The notes under the pieces are model-generated. The model made no database searches, was not told where the DNA came from, and saw only the letters and a list, made by a program, of their open reading frames with translations. The position numbers were made by a program, and so were the translations under genes. From an archaeon (lineage in GTDB: Archaea; Nanobdellota; Nanobdellia; Pacearchaeales; GW2011-AR1), in contig JBDRNU010000004.1 of the NCBI GenBank assembly GCA_043810775.1, forward strand, positions 1-19,987: a stretch of DNA of 19,987 nt, in the 5' to 3' direction. Every line of letters starts with the position of its first letter. Position 1 is the stretch's first letter. This document shows, one piece after another, positions 1-9,233 of this stretch.

Positions 1-97
1 TAATTTTATTGTTAATAGGAATGAGTTTGTTTTTATTCATAACAAAAGTTATAAGATTTAAAATCAGTTATTTTATTACCTAATAAGTCAGTTATAG

Positions 98-111
98 AAA
101 AACTTATAAAT
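98..111 (+). promoter_or_regulatory. putative archaeal BRE/TATA promoter for ORF 132..1244
   Basis: GAAAAACTTATAAAT: a purine-rich BRE followed by a TTATAAA box about 28 nt before the ATG, consistent with a near-leaderless transcript. Confidence 0.5.
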
Positions 112-131
112 GCCTAATATAGTATCAAAGC

Positions 132-1244
132 ATGCCAGAAGCAGTTAAACTTGAAAAAAAAGCAGAACTACTAGCTAATCCTGGATATGCTTCATTTATT
201 GATTCTTTGCAGGAATTATATAATCTAAGTCATCTGCACCCTGAAAATATCACTTGGATAGGTGAAAATACTAGAAGATTTGACACTAAAACTCATCTAG
301 AAGAACAAATAGATATTAGAACAGACTGCCCAGTAATTTCAGTAAGATTAATTCCTTTAGTAGATGGTAAACCAATTACAGGGCAAGAAGTTTACAATGC
401 TCCCTTGCTTCTTTCAGATGTCTCTACTCTTGCAACTTCACCAATAAAAAGATATCAAATTACAAAAAATATGGACGCACCAGAATCTCAAGAAAGATTG
501 CCAAGCCCTGTAACTCTTGCTCAAAAAATTAAAGAATTAAAATTCGCAACTCCAATAAAAGATACAACTCTAGTAGTAGACCTAGTAAGCTTGCTTCCAG
601 TAGCCCCTAATAGGGAATTTTTACTCGAATTTAATCCGCATATGTCTTTTCAAAATGGAAGCCACTCTTTTTATCAAGTTGCAGTTATAGGGCAAGATGC
701 TATATCCATATATAATCACCAAATTGGAGGAGAGCCAAGAGACCTAAAAAGAATAGCCACAAATATTGATTTAAACAACTGGAAAGCAGAAGCTGTTCCA
801 GACTTATCTAGTTTAGAGCAAGCCCTAGTTGCTGATAAAACAGGGCATATTATTTATATTGCTTCTCCTTTTGAATTTAAACCTCAAGGGGAATTTGATT
901 ATAAAGATTTGCGTTTACTTTCTCAAGGATATTTCTCATCTACTAGGGGTGGCTCTTCTGACTTTTTTTCTCCTCTAGATTATGATAGTGGTTTTAAATC
1001 AAGTTCTCCCTTGCTAAAAGGATTCACGCCAATGCAAAAAAAAGCACGAGTCAGCGAAACCAGCCTGTCACAAGGAAGAAAAAGCGGAACAGGTATATTA
1101 AGCACAGAACAAACCCTTGCCACAACTAAAGGAATCCCTGTAATCTATCACTTATACTTTTTATCAGTAAAACCAGAAGAAGCAAAAAGCATTTCTTCTG
1201 AAACTCTTGACAGGGTTAGCTCTTATGCTTTTTCAAAAAACTAA
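132..1244 (+). CDS. hypothetical protein (370 aa)
   Basis: Long ORF with an upstream TATA box. No family motif recognised. Ser/Gly-rich stretch near the C-terminus. Confidence 0.75.
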   Translation: MPEAVKLEKKAELLANPGYASFIDSLQELYNLSHLHPENITWIGENTRRFDTKTHLEEQIDIRTDCPVISVRLIPLVDGKPITGQEVYNAPLLLSDVSTLATSPIKRYQITKNMDAPESQERLPSPVTLAQKIKELKFATPIKDTTLVVDLVSLLPVAPNREFLLEFNPHMSFQNGSHSFYQVAVIGQDAISIYNHQIGGEPRDLKRIATNIDLNNWKAEAVPDLSSLEQALVADKTGHIIYIASPFEFKPQGEFDYKDLRLLSQGYFSSTRGGSSDFFSPLDYDSGFKSSSPLLKGFTPMQKKARVSETSLSQGRKSGTGILSTEQTLATTKGIPVIYHLYFLSVKPEEAKSISSETLDRVSSYAFSKN

Positions 1245-1245
1245 A

Positions 1246-1668
1246 ATGGCAACAGACTCAATTAAGGCAAATCTTAAAAGAACAGATTCTCATACTGAAT
1301 TTTATGAAAATGTTGCAGAACCTGCCAAAGAATATTTTAAAAAACATCCAGGAGATGAAGACCTTGCAGCTTACATTACTTGTATAACTTATACTAGAGA
1401 TGAAAGAGGAGATGAAGAGTTGAATATGGTATTAAGTGTGCGAAAATCAGTTTATGCTTCAATATCAGCAACTAGTGATGAACACAAAATAGATATCTGT
1501 CCTAATGTTAAAATAGACGACAAAAAAGAACATATGGCAAAATCAAGAGAAGCAATTGCAAGATTAGCTCCAGGAACAATGGAGTTTATTCTTCAAAGTG
1601 AAACCCTGTCAAAAGAAGCAAAATCACTAATTGATGCTGTTTACTCTTTATTAAAACCTTCAGATTAA
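1246..1668 (+). CDS. hypothetical protein (140 aa)
   Basis: ATG at 1246 is 1 nt after the upstream TAA (TAAAATG), so it is preferred over the TTG at 1207. Its stop overlaps the gyrA stop (TTAA). Confidence 0.65.
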   Translation: MATDSIKANLKRTDSHTEFYENVAEPAKEYFKKHPGDEDLAAYITCITYTRDERGDEELNMVLSVRKSVYASISATSDEHKIDICPNVKIDDKKEHMAKSREAIARLAPGTMEFILQSETLSKEAKSLIDAVYSLLKPSD

Positions 1669-4193
1669 GTTTTCAATTCAGCCCCATTATCCATAGCTTC
1701 CTGAACCTTGACTAAATCAGTAACCTTATCTCCTTGCTGTAATTTAACTATCCTGACTCCCTGAGTAGCTCGTCCCATTACTCTCAAAGCTTTTACAGGT
1801 GTCCTTATAATCATACCTTTTCCTGTAGTTACAATAACAGCATCACTATCATTAGCACACACAGTTGAAACTACCTTTCCATTTTTCTCCCCAACCTTCA
1901 AGTTAATAACACCCTTGCAAGCCCTTCCTGTCAGCCTATAATCACTAACACTACTTCTCTTTCCATAACCTTTTTCAGTAATAGTTAAAATAGTTTCCTT
2001 GCTCTTTTCATCAGGAAGTATCTCTGAACTTACAACCTCATCACTCTTTCCAAGCTTAATTCCAGTTACCCCATATGAAGCTCTTCCCATAGGCCTGACT
2101 TCTTTGCTGTTAAACCTTATAGCCTGTCCATTTTTTGAAATAAGCAGCACTTCCTGCCCTTCCTTAATTATCTTAACATCAATTAAATCATCTGAATTAT
2201 CAGCAGGCAGATTAATTGCCTTAACTCCCGTTGCCCTTGGTTTAGAAAACTCCTCAAGCTTTATTTTCTTAACAATTCCTTTTCTAGTAACCATCATCAA
2301 AAAATCATTAAATTCCTTAACAGATATAACACTTTTAACAGTCTCATCTTTCAAATTAATTAAATTAATCAAAGCCTTGCCCTTGCTATATCTCTCAGCA
2401 GCAGGAAGCTGGTAAGCTTTAAGCCAATAAATCTTTCCCTTAGTAGTAAATAACAATAAATAATCATGTGTACTGCAGGTAATTAACTGCTTTACAAAAT
2501 CTCCAGTAGCCAAGTCACTTCCTATCACCCCCTTGCCCCCTCTTTTCTGCTCTTTATACACTCTTGAATCAATTCTTTTGCAATACCCTTTGTCAGTTAT
2601 TGTAACAACAACATCTTTTTTCTGCACCAGGTCTTTTTCACTTAGCTCCTTTACTCTCTGCAAAACATAGGTCTTCCTGGTGTCTCCATATTTTCTTTTT
2701 ATTTCAAGAACCTCTTTCCTAATAACATTTAATATTTCCTTGTCAGAAGAAAGTATTTTTTTCAGTTCATCAATCAAGGCAAGCAAGTCTTTTTCTTCTT
2801 TCTTAAGCTTGTCCTGTTCTAGCGCTGTCAAGCTGGATAGTTTCATATCAAGAATAGCCTGAGCCTGTCTCTTAGTTAAGTTAAATTTTTTAACTAAAGT
2901 TTCAAGAGCAGCAGTGACATTTGCAGATTTTTTTATTGTCTGCACAACAGAATCAATATCTTTCAATGCTATAAGCAATCCCTTAACTATCTCAAGTCTG
3001 TCTTCAGCTTTTTTGAGCTCAAACTTAGTCCTTTTAGTAACAACTGTCTTTCTATACTTAATATACTCTTCAAGTATCTTTTTTAAATTCAAAACTTGAG
3101 GCTTTCCACCTACAAGAGCAAGCATATTAGCATCAAATCTAGTTTGAAGCTTAGTAAATTGATATAATCTATTCATAGTGAATTTAGAATCAGCCCCTTT
3201 TCTCAGCTCAATAACTATTCTTATTTTTCCTTTGCTTGACTCATCACGCAAATCAGAAACATCAGGCAGTTTCTTAAGCTGAACTAGTTTGGCAATCTCC
3301 TCAACTAAAGTGGCTTTATTTAACATATAAGGAATCTCTGTAATTATAATAGCCTCTTTATTCTTAAAACTTTCAATAGTTGTTTTTCCCCTCATTGTCA
3401 AACCGCCTTTACCTTCTTTATATAACTTCTCTAAATCTCCAGAAACATATCCTCCTGTAGGAAAATCAGGAGCCTGAACAATTTCCATTAGTTTTTCAAT
3501 TGAAATATCTGGCTTCTCAATAAGCTTGTTAATAGCATCACAAATTTCAGATAAATTATGAGGTGGTATATTAGTAGCCATACCTACTGCAATTCCAGTA
3601 GCCCCATTCAACAATAATAATGGAAGTTTAGCAGGCAAGGTCTCTGGCTCTTTTAGTGAATTATCAAAATTAGGCAGAAAATTCACAGTTTCCTTGTCAA
3701 TATCTTCAAGCAGTTCCATTGAAATCTGTGATAATTTAGCTTCAGTATATCTAGATGCTGCAGCAGGATCTGCATCAAGACTTCCAAAATTTCCCTGTCC
3801 AAAAATAAGAGGATATCTCAGGGAAAAATCCTGAGCCATCCTTACTAAAGCATCATAAATAGCCATATCTCCATGCGGATGAAACTTACCCATAGTATCC
3901 CCAACTATTCTTGCACACTTCCTTGTCTGTGTTCCAGGTTTCAATCCAAGAAGAAGCATAGCATATAGTATTCTTCTCTGAACCGGCTTTAAGCCATCTT
4001 CAACACTAGGTAAGGCTCTACTTACTATGACACTCATTGCATAGTCAATGTAAGCTTTTTGCATCTCTTCGCTAATTTCAGCAGCAACTATCCTTTTACC
4101 TTTTTCATCAATGCTGTCTTTTTCAATCTCTTTCTTGTTTTCAGCTTCAATTTCATTTTCAAATCCGTTTTCATCTTCTTTTGCTGGTGTCAT
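1665..4193 (-). CDS. gyrA: DNA gyrase subunit A
   Basis: [21 protein letters not shown], catalytic Tyr in AASRYTE, GyrA-box QKRGGKG, C-terminal beta-pinwheel repeats (RATGV, RASYGV, RACKGV, RATQGV). Confidence 0.97.
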   Translation of the reverse strand: MTPAKEDENGFENEIEAENKKEIEKDSIDEKGKRIVAAEISEEMQKAYIDYAMSVIVSRALPSVEDGLKPVQRRILYAMLLLGLKPGTQTRKCARIVGDTMGKFHPHGDMAIYDALVRMAQDFSLRYPLIFGQGNFGSLDADPAAASRYTEAKLSQISMELLEDIDKETVNFLPNFDNSLKEPETLPAKLPLLLLNGATGIAVGMATNIPPHNLSEICDAINKLIEKPDISIEKLMEIVQAPDFPTGGYVSGDLEKLYKEGKGGLTMRGKTTIESFKNKEAIIITEIPYMLNKATLVEEIAKLVQLKKLPDVSDLRDESSKGKIRIVIELRKGADSKFTMNRLYQFTKLQTRFDANMLALVGGKPQVLNLKKILEEYIKYRKTVVTKRTKFELKKAEDRLEIVKGLLIALKDIDSVVQTIKKSANVTAALETLVKKFNLTKRQAQAILDMKLSSLTALEQDKLKKEEKDLLALIDELKKILSSDKEILNVIRKEVLEIKRKYGDTRKTYVLQRVKELSEKDLVQKKDVVVTITDKGYCKRIDSRVYKEQKRGGKGVIGSDLATGDFVKQLITCSTHDYLLLFTTKGKIYWLKAYQLPAAERYSKGKALINLINLKDETVKSVISVKEFNDFLMMVTRKGIVKKIKLEEFSKPRATGVKAINLPADNSDDLIDVKIIKEGQEVLLISKNGQAIRFNSKEVRPMGRASYGVTGIKLGKSDEVVSSEILPDEKSKETILTITEKGYGKRSSVSDYRLTGRACKGVINLKVGEKNGKVVSTVCANDSDAVIVTTGKGMIIRTPVKALRVMGRATQGVRIVKLQQGDKVTDLVKVQEAMDNGAELKT

Positions 4194-4792
4194 GTTTTTA
4201 TTCCTAATTTATTTAGTTCATCTACTAACTGAGGATAATCTTTGAATAAAACTGCTTCAAATCCTAATTTTTTAGCAGCATTAATATTTTTCTCTTTATC
4301 ATCTATAAATATACAATCTTCAGCTTTTAATCCAGAATCACTTAGCAAATGTTCAAAAATTTCCTTATTGGGCTTTCTTACACCTAAATCATATGAAAAG
4401 TATGTTTTATCAAATAATTCTAAAACTTCTTTATAATCTTCTCTTAAAATATTAACTGTAGTTCTATCATTATCAGAAAGCATCATTAGCTTGTATTTTC
4501 CTTTTAACTGATTAATTAAATTAACAACTTGTTCGTTATGATTAATCCCTTGCTTGATTATTCCAAGCATTTCTTCTTTACTTACAGGTATCTTAACATC
4601 CTCATTAATTTTTTTAATAAACTCATCAAAATCAATCTCATCCCCATTTACTAATACAATTAAATCATCAAATGGTTTATGAATTTCGTCAAAATCCTTA
4701 TTATATTTTTTAGATAATATATTTAGCAAAGCATGAGTATATTTACCACTAGTCAAAACTCCTCCCCAATCAAAAATTATTGCTTTGGCCAT
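4190..4792 (-). CDS. HAD-superfamily hydrolase/phosphatase (YihX-like, 200 aa)
   Basis: Motif [10 protein letters not shown], motif II LSD, motif III RKP, motif IV FIDD. ATG at 4792 is 1 nt after the gyrB stop; ATGA overlap with gyrA. Confidence 0.9.
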   Translation of the reverse strand: MAKAIIFDWGGVLTSGKYTHALLNILSKKYNKDFDEIHKPFDDLIVLVNGDEIDFDEFIKKINEDVKIPVSKEEMLGIIKQGINHNEQVVNLINQLKGKYKLMMLSDNDRTTVNILREDYKEVLELFDKTYFSYDLGVRKPNKEIFEHLLSDSGLKAEDCIFIDDKEKNINAAKKLGFEAVLFKDYPQLVDELNKLGIKT

Positions 4793-4793
4793 T

Positions 4794-6680
4794 TTAAATA
4801 TCAACAAATGCCTCGTGAGCATGCTCAATAATAAACTGCTTTCTAGGAAGAACCTCATCCCCCATCAAGACAGAGAAAATCCTGTCAGCTTCAACAGCGT
4901 CTTCAATTGTAACTCTCTTCAAAGTCCTGGAATTAGGGTTCATAGTAGTGTCCCATAACTGTTGAGGATTCATCTCCCCCAAACCCTTAAATCTTGTTAC
5001 ATTAGCAGTTCCTATTTTATCCAAAACTCTTTTCAAAGCACCATCTGAATAAACATAATGATCTTTCTTTTTCCTTACCTTATATAATGGGGGAACAGCT
5101 ACATACACATTTCCATTTTCAATTAATCTGGGCATAAATCTAAAAAAGAAAGTTAAAAGCAAAGTCTTAATATGCTGTCCATCAACATCTGCATCTGTCA
5201 TTATAATAATTTTACTATATCTTAGCTTAGTCAAATCAAACTGCTCGCCAACACCCACCCCAATTGCAGTAATTAAATTGGAAATCTCTTCATTTCCAAA
5301 GACTTTTGAAGGATTTGACTTTTCAACATTCAATATCTTCCCTCTCAAAGGCAATATAGCCTGAATTTCCTTATTTCTCGCCATTTTAGAAGAACCAGCA
5401 GCAGATTCGCCTTCAACAATATAAAGCTCAGTATCATCAGCTTTTTTCCTGCTGCAATCAGCTAGCTTTCCAGGCAAACCACCTAACCCAAAAGCACTTT
5501 TTCTTCTAACAAGCTCTTTGGCTCTTTTAGCAGCATCTCTGGCTTTAGCAGCTTCACTGGCTTTTAATGCAATTTTTCTTGCAATAGCAGGATTTTCTTC
5601 AAAAAATTCACTTAATGCACTTGAAGTAATTGAATCAAGATGTCCTTTAACTTCAGAATTTCCAAGCTTAGTTTTAGTCTGGCCTTCAAACTGGGGTTCA
5701 GGAATCTTTACACTAACTATGGCAGTTAAGCCCTCTCTGACATCATCACCTGTAAGATTTCCAGATTTGATTATCCCTTTTTTCTTAGCATAATCATTGA
5801 TTACCCTAGTTAAAGCAGTTTTAAATCCAACAATATGAGTTCCTCCCTCAACTGTATTAATAGTATTTACAAATCCAAAAATATTTTCTTGGTAGCTGGA
5901 ATTATACTGAATGGCAACATCTACTATAACTGAATTTTCCTGTTTCTGGAAATAAATTGGCTTGTGCAATGCCTCTTTATTTTTATTCACCCATTTTACA
6001 AATTCTACCAATCCTCCCTGATACTGGAAATCTTCCTTCTTGTCTTTAGTCTCATCTTTTAAGCTAATTTTCAGGCCTGCGTTTAAAAAAGCAATTTCTC
6101 TGAATCTTGTAGCCAGTGTAGAAAAATCAAAATTTAAAGTAGAAAATATCTCATCATCAGGCCAGAATATAATTGTAGTTCCAGTTTCTTCAGTTTTTCC
6201 AGTAACCTTTAATTCAGTTTTCTTTTTCCCTCTTGAAAATTCCTGGCTGTGTATCTTGCCGTCTTTTCTTACTTCAACAATAAGCTTTTTTGACAATGCA
6301 GAAACAACACTTATACCTACTCCATGTAATCCTCCTGAAATCATATAAGCTTTTTTATCAAATTTTCCACCAGCGTGAAGTTTGGTGATTACTAATTCTA
6401 CAGCTGGAACCTTGAATTTAGGATGAATATCAACTGGAATTCCCCTACCATTGTCTTCAACCCTTACACTTCCGTCTTTTCTTATTGTAATTTTAATGCT
6501 AGTGCATACTCCTGCCAGGCACTCATCAACAGAATTATCAACAGCTTCATAAACTAGATGATGCAAGCCTTCCTTGCCAGTGCTTCCAATATACATTGCA
6601 GGCCTTTTTCTTACACCATCCAGACCCTCAAGTACACTAATATCATTTGCATCATATTTTGTCCCTTTAGATTCTGGCAT
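4794..6680 (-). CDS. gyrB: DNA gyrase subunit B (short form, about 628 aa)
   Basis: RKRPAMYIG, EAVDNSVDE, DNGRGIP, LHAGGKF, GGLHGVG, TOPRIM EGESA/PLRGK/DADVDG, RFKGLGEM. Start set at ATG 6680 (alternative TTG 6701). Confidence 0.97.
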   Translation of the reverse strand: MPESKGTKYDANDISVLEGLDGVRKRPAMYIGSTGKEGLHHLVYEAVDNSVDECLAGVCTSIKITIRKDGSVRVEDNGRGIPVDIHPKFKVPAVELVITKLHAGGKFDKKAYMISGGLHGVGISVVSALSKKLIVEVRKDGKIHSQEFSRGKKKTELKVTGKTEETGTTIIFWPDDEIFSTLNFDFSTLATRFREIAFLNAGLKISLKDETKDKKEDFQYQGGLVEFVKWVNKNKEALHKPIYFQKQENSVIVDVAIQYNSSYQENIFGFVNTINTVEGGTHIVGFKTALTRVINDYAKKKGIIKSGNLTGDDVREGLTAIVSVKIPEPQFEGQTKTKLGNSEVKGHLDSITSSALSEFFEENPAIARKIALKASEAAKARDAAKRAKELVRRKSAFGLGGLPGKLADCSRKKADDTELYIVEGESAAGSSKMARNKEIQAILPLRGKILNVEKSNPSKVFGNEEISNLITAIGVGVGEQFDLTKLRYSKIIIMTDADVDGQHIKTLLLTFFFRFMPRLIENGNVYVAVPPLYKVRKKKDHYVYSDGALKRVLDKIGTANVTRFKGLGEMNPQQLWDTTMNPNSRTLKRVTIEDAVEADRIFSVLMGDEVLPRKQFIIEHAHEAFVDI

Positions 6681-6780
6681 TTTCAATTCTGATAATTTCA
6701 ACTAATACTTCAATATTTTAATAATTTGGCTGGAAAAATAAGTAGATTTTTTCTACTTCTTTATTACTCAAAAACACCTA

Positions 6781-6797
6781 TATTTATAAACCTTTCT
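6781..6797 (-). promoter_or_regulatory. putative BRE/TATA promoter of the gyrB-HAD-gyrA operon
   Basis: Minus strand reads AGAAAGGTTTATAAATA, the same pattern as other promoter-like motifs in this window. Confidence 0.6.
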
Positions 6798-6803
6798 GAA
6801 AAT

Positions 6804-6816
6804 TTACCGTCGGTAA
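6804..6816. promoter_or_regulatory. GC-rich palindrome TTACCG-T-CGGTAA, candidate operator
   Basis: Perfect 6-1-6 inverted repeat in an AT-rich divergent intergenic region, just upstream of the gyrB BRE. Confidence 0.4.
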
Positions 6817-6915
6817 GTGTTATAATTGAATGCTAAAATATATATTACAGTATATATTAGGTGGATATTCAAAAGTAATACAAAAATTTATTAAGTGGTA
6901 TAACACTACAAAAAA

Positions 6916-8328
6916 ATGACATTTCCCTTATATGAATTTTTGCCTAAAGAAAAAACACTAGAAATTGAGCTAGAAGTAGTTAGTGAGATGCAACAAGCTA
7001 TAGAAGGGGGTCAAATAGAAGATGAAACTCTATCTAAAAAGTTTGCTGCATCAACTGTTGAAATAATCTGCAACTTTAGGACTCTATCTAACCTTTCCTA
7101 TGATCAAGATTATATTATGGAAGCTGTTCCCAAAAAATTCCAACATTTTCTAGGAAGAGAGGCAATAAAACCAGGTAAGATTATAGATTATCACAGAGAA
7201 AGAGTAGATGCCATTAAAGATTTAGTAGATCACTTTGACAATCCAAAAATATTAATATCAGCTGAAAAAGAGCTTGCTTTGATGTATCTTTCAATTCTTC
7301 CTGGAGCTAAAAACCTCGACTTTAAGCAAAGGTCAAATATAAATTTAGCTGCAAATCAAACTGAAGTTAATATGTCAGATATTTATGCAATGTGCTGCCT
7401 AAAATTCTGTGGAGATGGAGAATACATACTAGGCTTATCTCCAGCAGGTCATTTATATACAAAAAAACATAATGCTCAAACTAATTATGAGTTATTGCAT
7501 TTCTTTAATAAAGCACATTCACATGCAGTTACTTTTTTAAGCCTTGACCCAAAAATGGTGAACAAAGTAGTGCCAGATAATAAAGTTTGGTCAGAAGAGC
7601 AAAAAGGTTTAGAAAATATTTGCTCAGAAAGCAGAGGTAAAATTGGCATTGAGATGCTCCAGTCAGGCCACAATCATAGAGAATTTCTATCAACTACACC
7701 TCATGAAATTATTTTAGGTCATGAACATATTAAAGAAATGATAGTTGCAGAAAACCCAGAGAAAAAAGAAATATACTATTGCACAGTATTTGCAGATGAT
7801 ACTATTAGTGTGGGAATGCTAAGGCCTTCACAAGAAGATATTCCTGAGGCTATAATAAACTCAGGTTATTTTGCAGACTATGTAATGCTTCACGCAGCTA
7901 ATCCCTCTTCAACTTATTTACAAACAGATATTGCAGGAAGCATAGCGCGAGACATGATGATTTGTAATGAAAAACATAGATTTTACCAAATTTCTGAACA
8001 CGTTCAACGAAAAGTGCGTAAAAAAAGAAAAAAAACTAAAAGTAATAAGATAAAATGGATTCCCAGATTTAGAATTATAACTCATGGTGAAGCATATCAA
8101 TCCAAGCAACAAATATCTAAAACTATAAGGCAAATTACTCCCCATCATGTTGATGCTTTTCATCGTAAATGCGCAAATCCAAGTGAGCATCAGCTGATGC
8201 TAGCTGCCTTGGATAATTATCCCTTGCCAGCTGGTTGTACATATGTAACAGAACACGACCGTGGAAAAAATACACTGTCAAGAAAATACAAAAGCAGGTC
8301 AGCAATGCAGCTAATATTCGGGCAATAG
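6916..8328 (+). CDS. hypothetical protein (470 aa) with a basic, His-rich C-terminus
   Basis: Long ORF containing RKVRKKRKKTK and HHVDAFHRK...TYVTEHDRG. No named family recognised. Confidence 0.8.
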   Translation: MTFPLYEFLPKEKTLEIELEVVSEMQQAIEGGQIEDETLSKKFAASTVEIICNFRTLSNLSYDQDYIMEAVPKKFQHFLGREAIKPGKIIDYHRERVDAIKDLVDHFDNPKILISAEKELALMYLSILPGAKNLDFKQRSNINLAANQTEVNMSDIYAMCCLKFCGDGEYILGLSPAGHLYTKKHNAQTNYELLHFFNKAHSHAVTFLSLDPKMVNKVVPDNKVWSEEQKGLENICSESRGKIGIEMLQSGHNHREFLSTTPHEIILGHEHIKEMIVAENPEKKEIYYCTVFADDTISVGMLRPSQEDIPEAIINSGYFADYVMLHAANPSSTYLQTDIAGSIARDMMICNEKHRFYQISEHVQRKVRKKRKKTKSNKIKWIPRFRIITHGEAYQSKQQISKTIRQITPHHVDAFHRKCANPSEHQLMLAALDNYPLPAGCTYVTEHDRGKNTLSRKYKSRSAMQLIFGQ

Positions 8329-8517
8329 CTACGCCTCTTTTTTTTCTTTATTAGCTTTCCTTACCCACATAACCTTCTTATTATCTCTTCCCATTTCACT
8401 GTTTTTCCTGCATTTACTAGAACAAAAATAAGAAATCTTCCCAGAAGCACTGTCTACAACAGTAGTGCCCCTAATCTGTTCATTATAATCTCTCTTGCAA
8501 AATGTGCATTTTACCAT
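8329..8517 (-). CDS. rpl24e: 50S ribosomal protein L24e
   Basis: CTFC...YFCSSKCRK zinc motif and WVR; conserved order rpl7ae-rps28e-rpl24e. Confidence 0.92.
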   Translation of the reverse strand: MVKCTFCKRDYNEQIRGTTVVDSASGKISYFCSSKCRKNSEMGRDNKKVMWVRKANKEKKEA

Positions 8518-8518
8518 T

Positions 8519-8812
8519 TTAAGTAAAAGCCCCCTTAGTCACCTTGCTCTTAATTCTCCTTGCTTCAATATTAGTCTCTCTAAGCATTAAAATATCTTTT
8601 AGTCTCACAGGGCCCTTAACATTTCTTCTTAATATCTTTCCCTTCATATCACCATCAGTTATCCTGCATTTAACCTGGGTAATTTCCCCTCTGAATCCAG
8701 TTCTTCCAATAAGTTCTTCAACAACAGCAGGCACAGCCTGTCTGCTAAACTTATCACTGCCTTTCATTGGATCAGCTTTCCCTTGCCTAATTTGCTGCTT
8801 ATTACTACCCAT
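8519..8812 (-). CDS. rps28e: 30S ribosomal protein S28e with N-terminal extension
   Basis: IGRTGFRGEITQVKCRI...RNVKGPVRLKDILMLRETNIEARR. Confidence 0.95.
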   Translation of the reverse strand: MGSNKQQIRQGKADPMKGSDKFSRQAVPAVVEELIGRTGFRGEITQVKCRITDGDMKGKILRRNVKGPVRLKDILMLRETNIEARRIKSKVTKGAFT

Positions 8813-8820
8813 TTTATCTC

Positions 8821-9123
8821 TTATTTAGATTTCTCAACTTTATAATCACCAAGATCACCAGAAATAATTGCAATACAACTGCAAGGAATTTTTAAACCAG
8901 CTACAATTCCTAATTTTTGCTTGCTGTCTACTTCTTCAAATTTTATTCCTTTTTCATTGCATAGTGCAGGAATATGCTGAACTATTTCCTTTGGTTCAAC
9001 ATCTTTAGCTACAACAACTAGTTTTGCTGTACCTCTCTCTATAGATTTAGTAACTTCATTTATTCCTTTGTCAATTTTTCCAGTTTTTCTTGCTTTTTCA
9101 ATTATATTATAGAAGTCCGCCAT
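8821..9123 (-). CDS. rpl7ae: ribosomal protein L7Ae (K-turn binding protein, 100 aa)
   Basis: KGINEVTKSIERGTAKLVVVAKDVEP. ATG at 9123 has a GGAGGT Shine-Dalgarno at 9128-9133. Confidence 0.95.
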   Translation of the reverse strand: MADFYNIIEKARKTGKIDKGINEVTKSIERGTAKLVVVAKDVEPKEIVQHIPALCNEKGIKFEEVDSKQKLGIVAGLKIPCSCIAIISGDLGDYKVEKSK

Positions 9124-9152
9124 TTTGACCTCCTGTTTAAGAACATTCTTTA

Positions 9153-9191
9153 AAACAGAAAACAATCTATCCTCCACATGTTTTCTGTGTC
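9153..9191 (-). promoter_or_regulatory. 5'-leader hairpin of the rpl7ae operon
   Basis: 10-bp stem ACAGAAAACA/TGTTTTCTGT (9155-9164/9179-9188) with a 14-nt loop, near the predicted transcript 5' end. Confidence 0.55.
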
Positions 9192-9219
9192 ATTGGATAA
9201 AAATCAATGAAAAAATAGC

Positions 9220-9233
9220 TTTATAAATCTTTC
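9220..9233 (-). promoter_or_regulatory. putative BRE/TATA promoter of the rpl7ae operon
   Basis: Minus strand GAAAGATTTATAAA immediately after the dapA-like stop. Confidence 0.6.

Noticed and set aside
1999-6348. Plus-strand ORFs 1999..2415, 2680..2862, 2914..3099, 4242..4436, 5518..5793 and 6040..6348
   Set aside because: Antisense shadows of gyrA, HAD and gyrB, with the Ser/Leu/Phe/Ile-rich composition typical of reverse frames
1665-6680. Topoisomerase IV (parC/parE) assignment
   Set aside because: An intact GyrA-box (QKRGGKG) and a full C-terminal pinwheel indicate gyrase
7485-8828. ORFs 7485..7673, 7918..8190 and 8544..8828
   Set aside because: Antisense to the 470-aa ORF or to rps28e, with no independent signals
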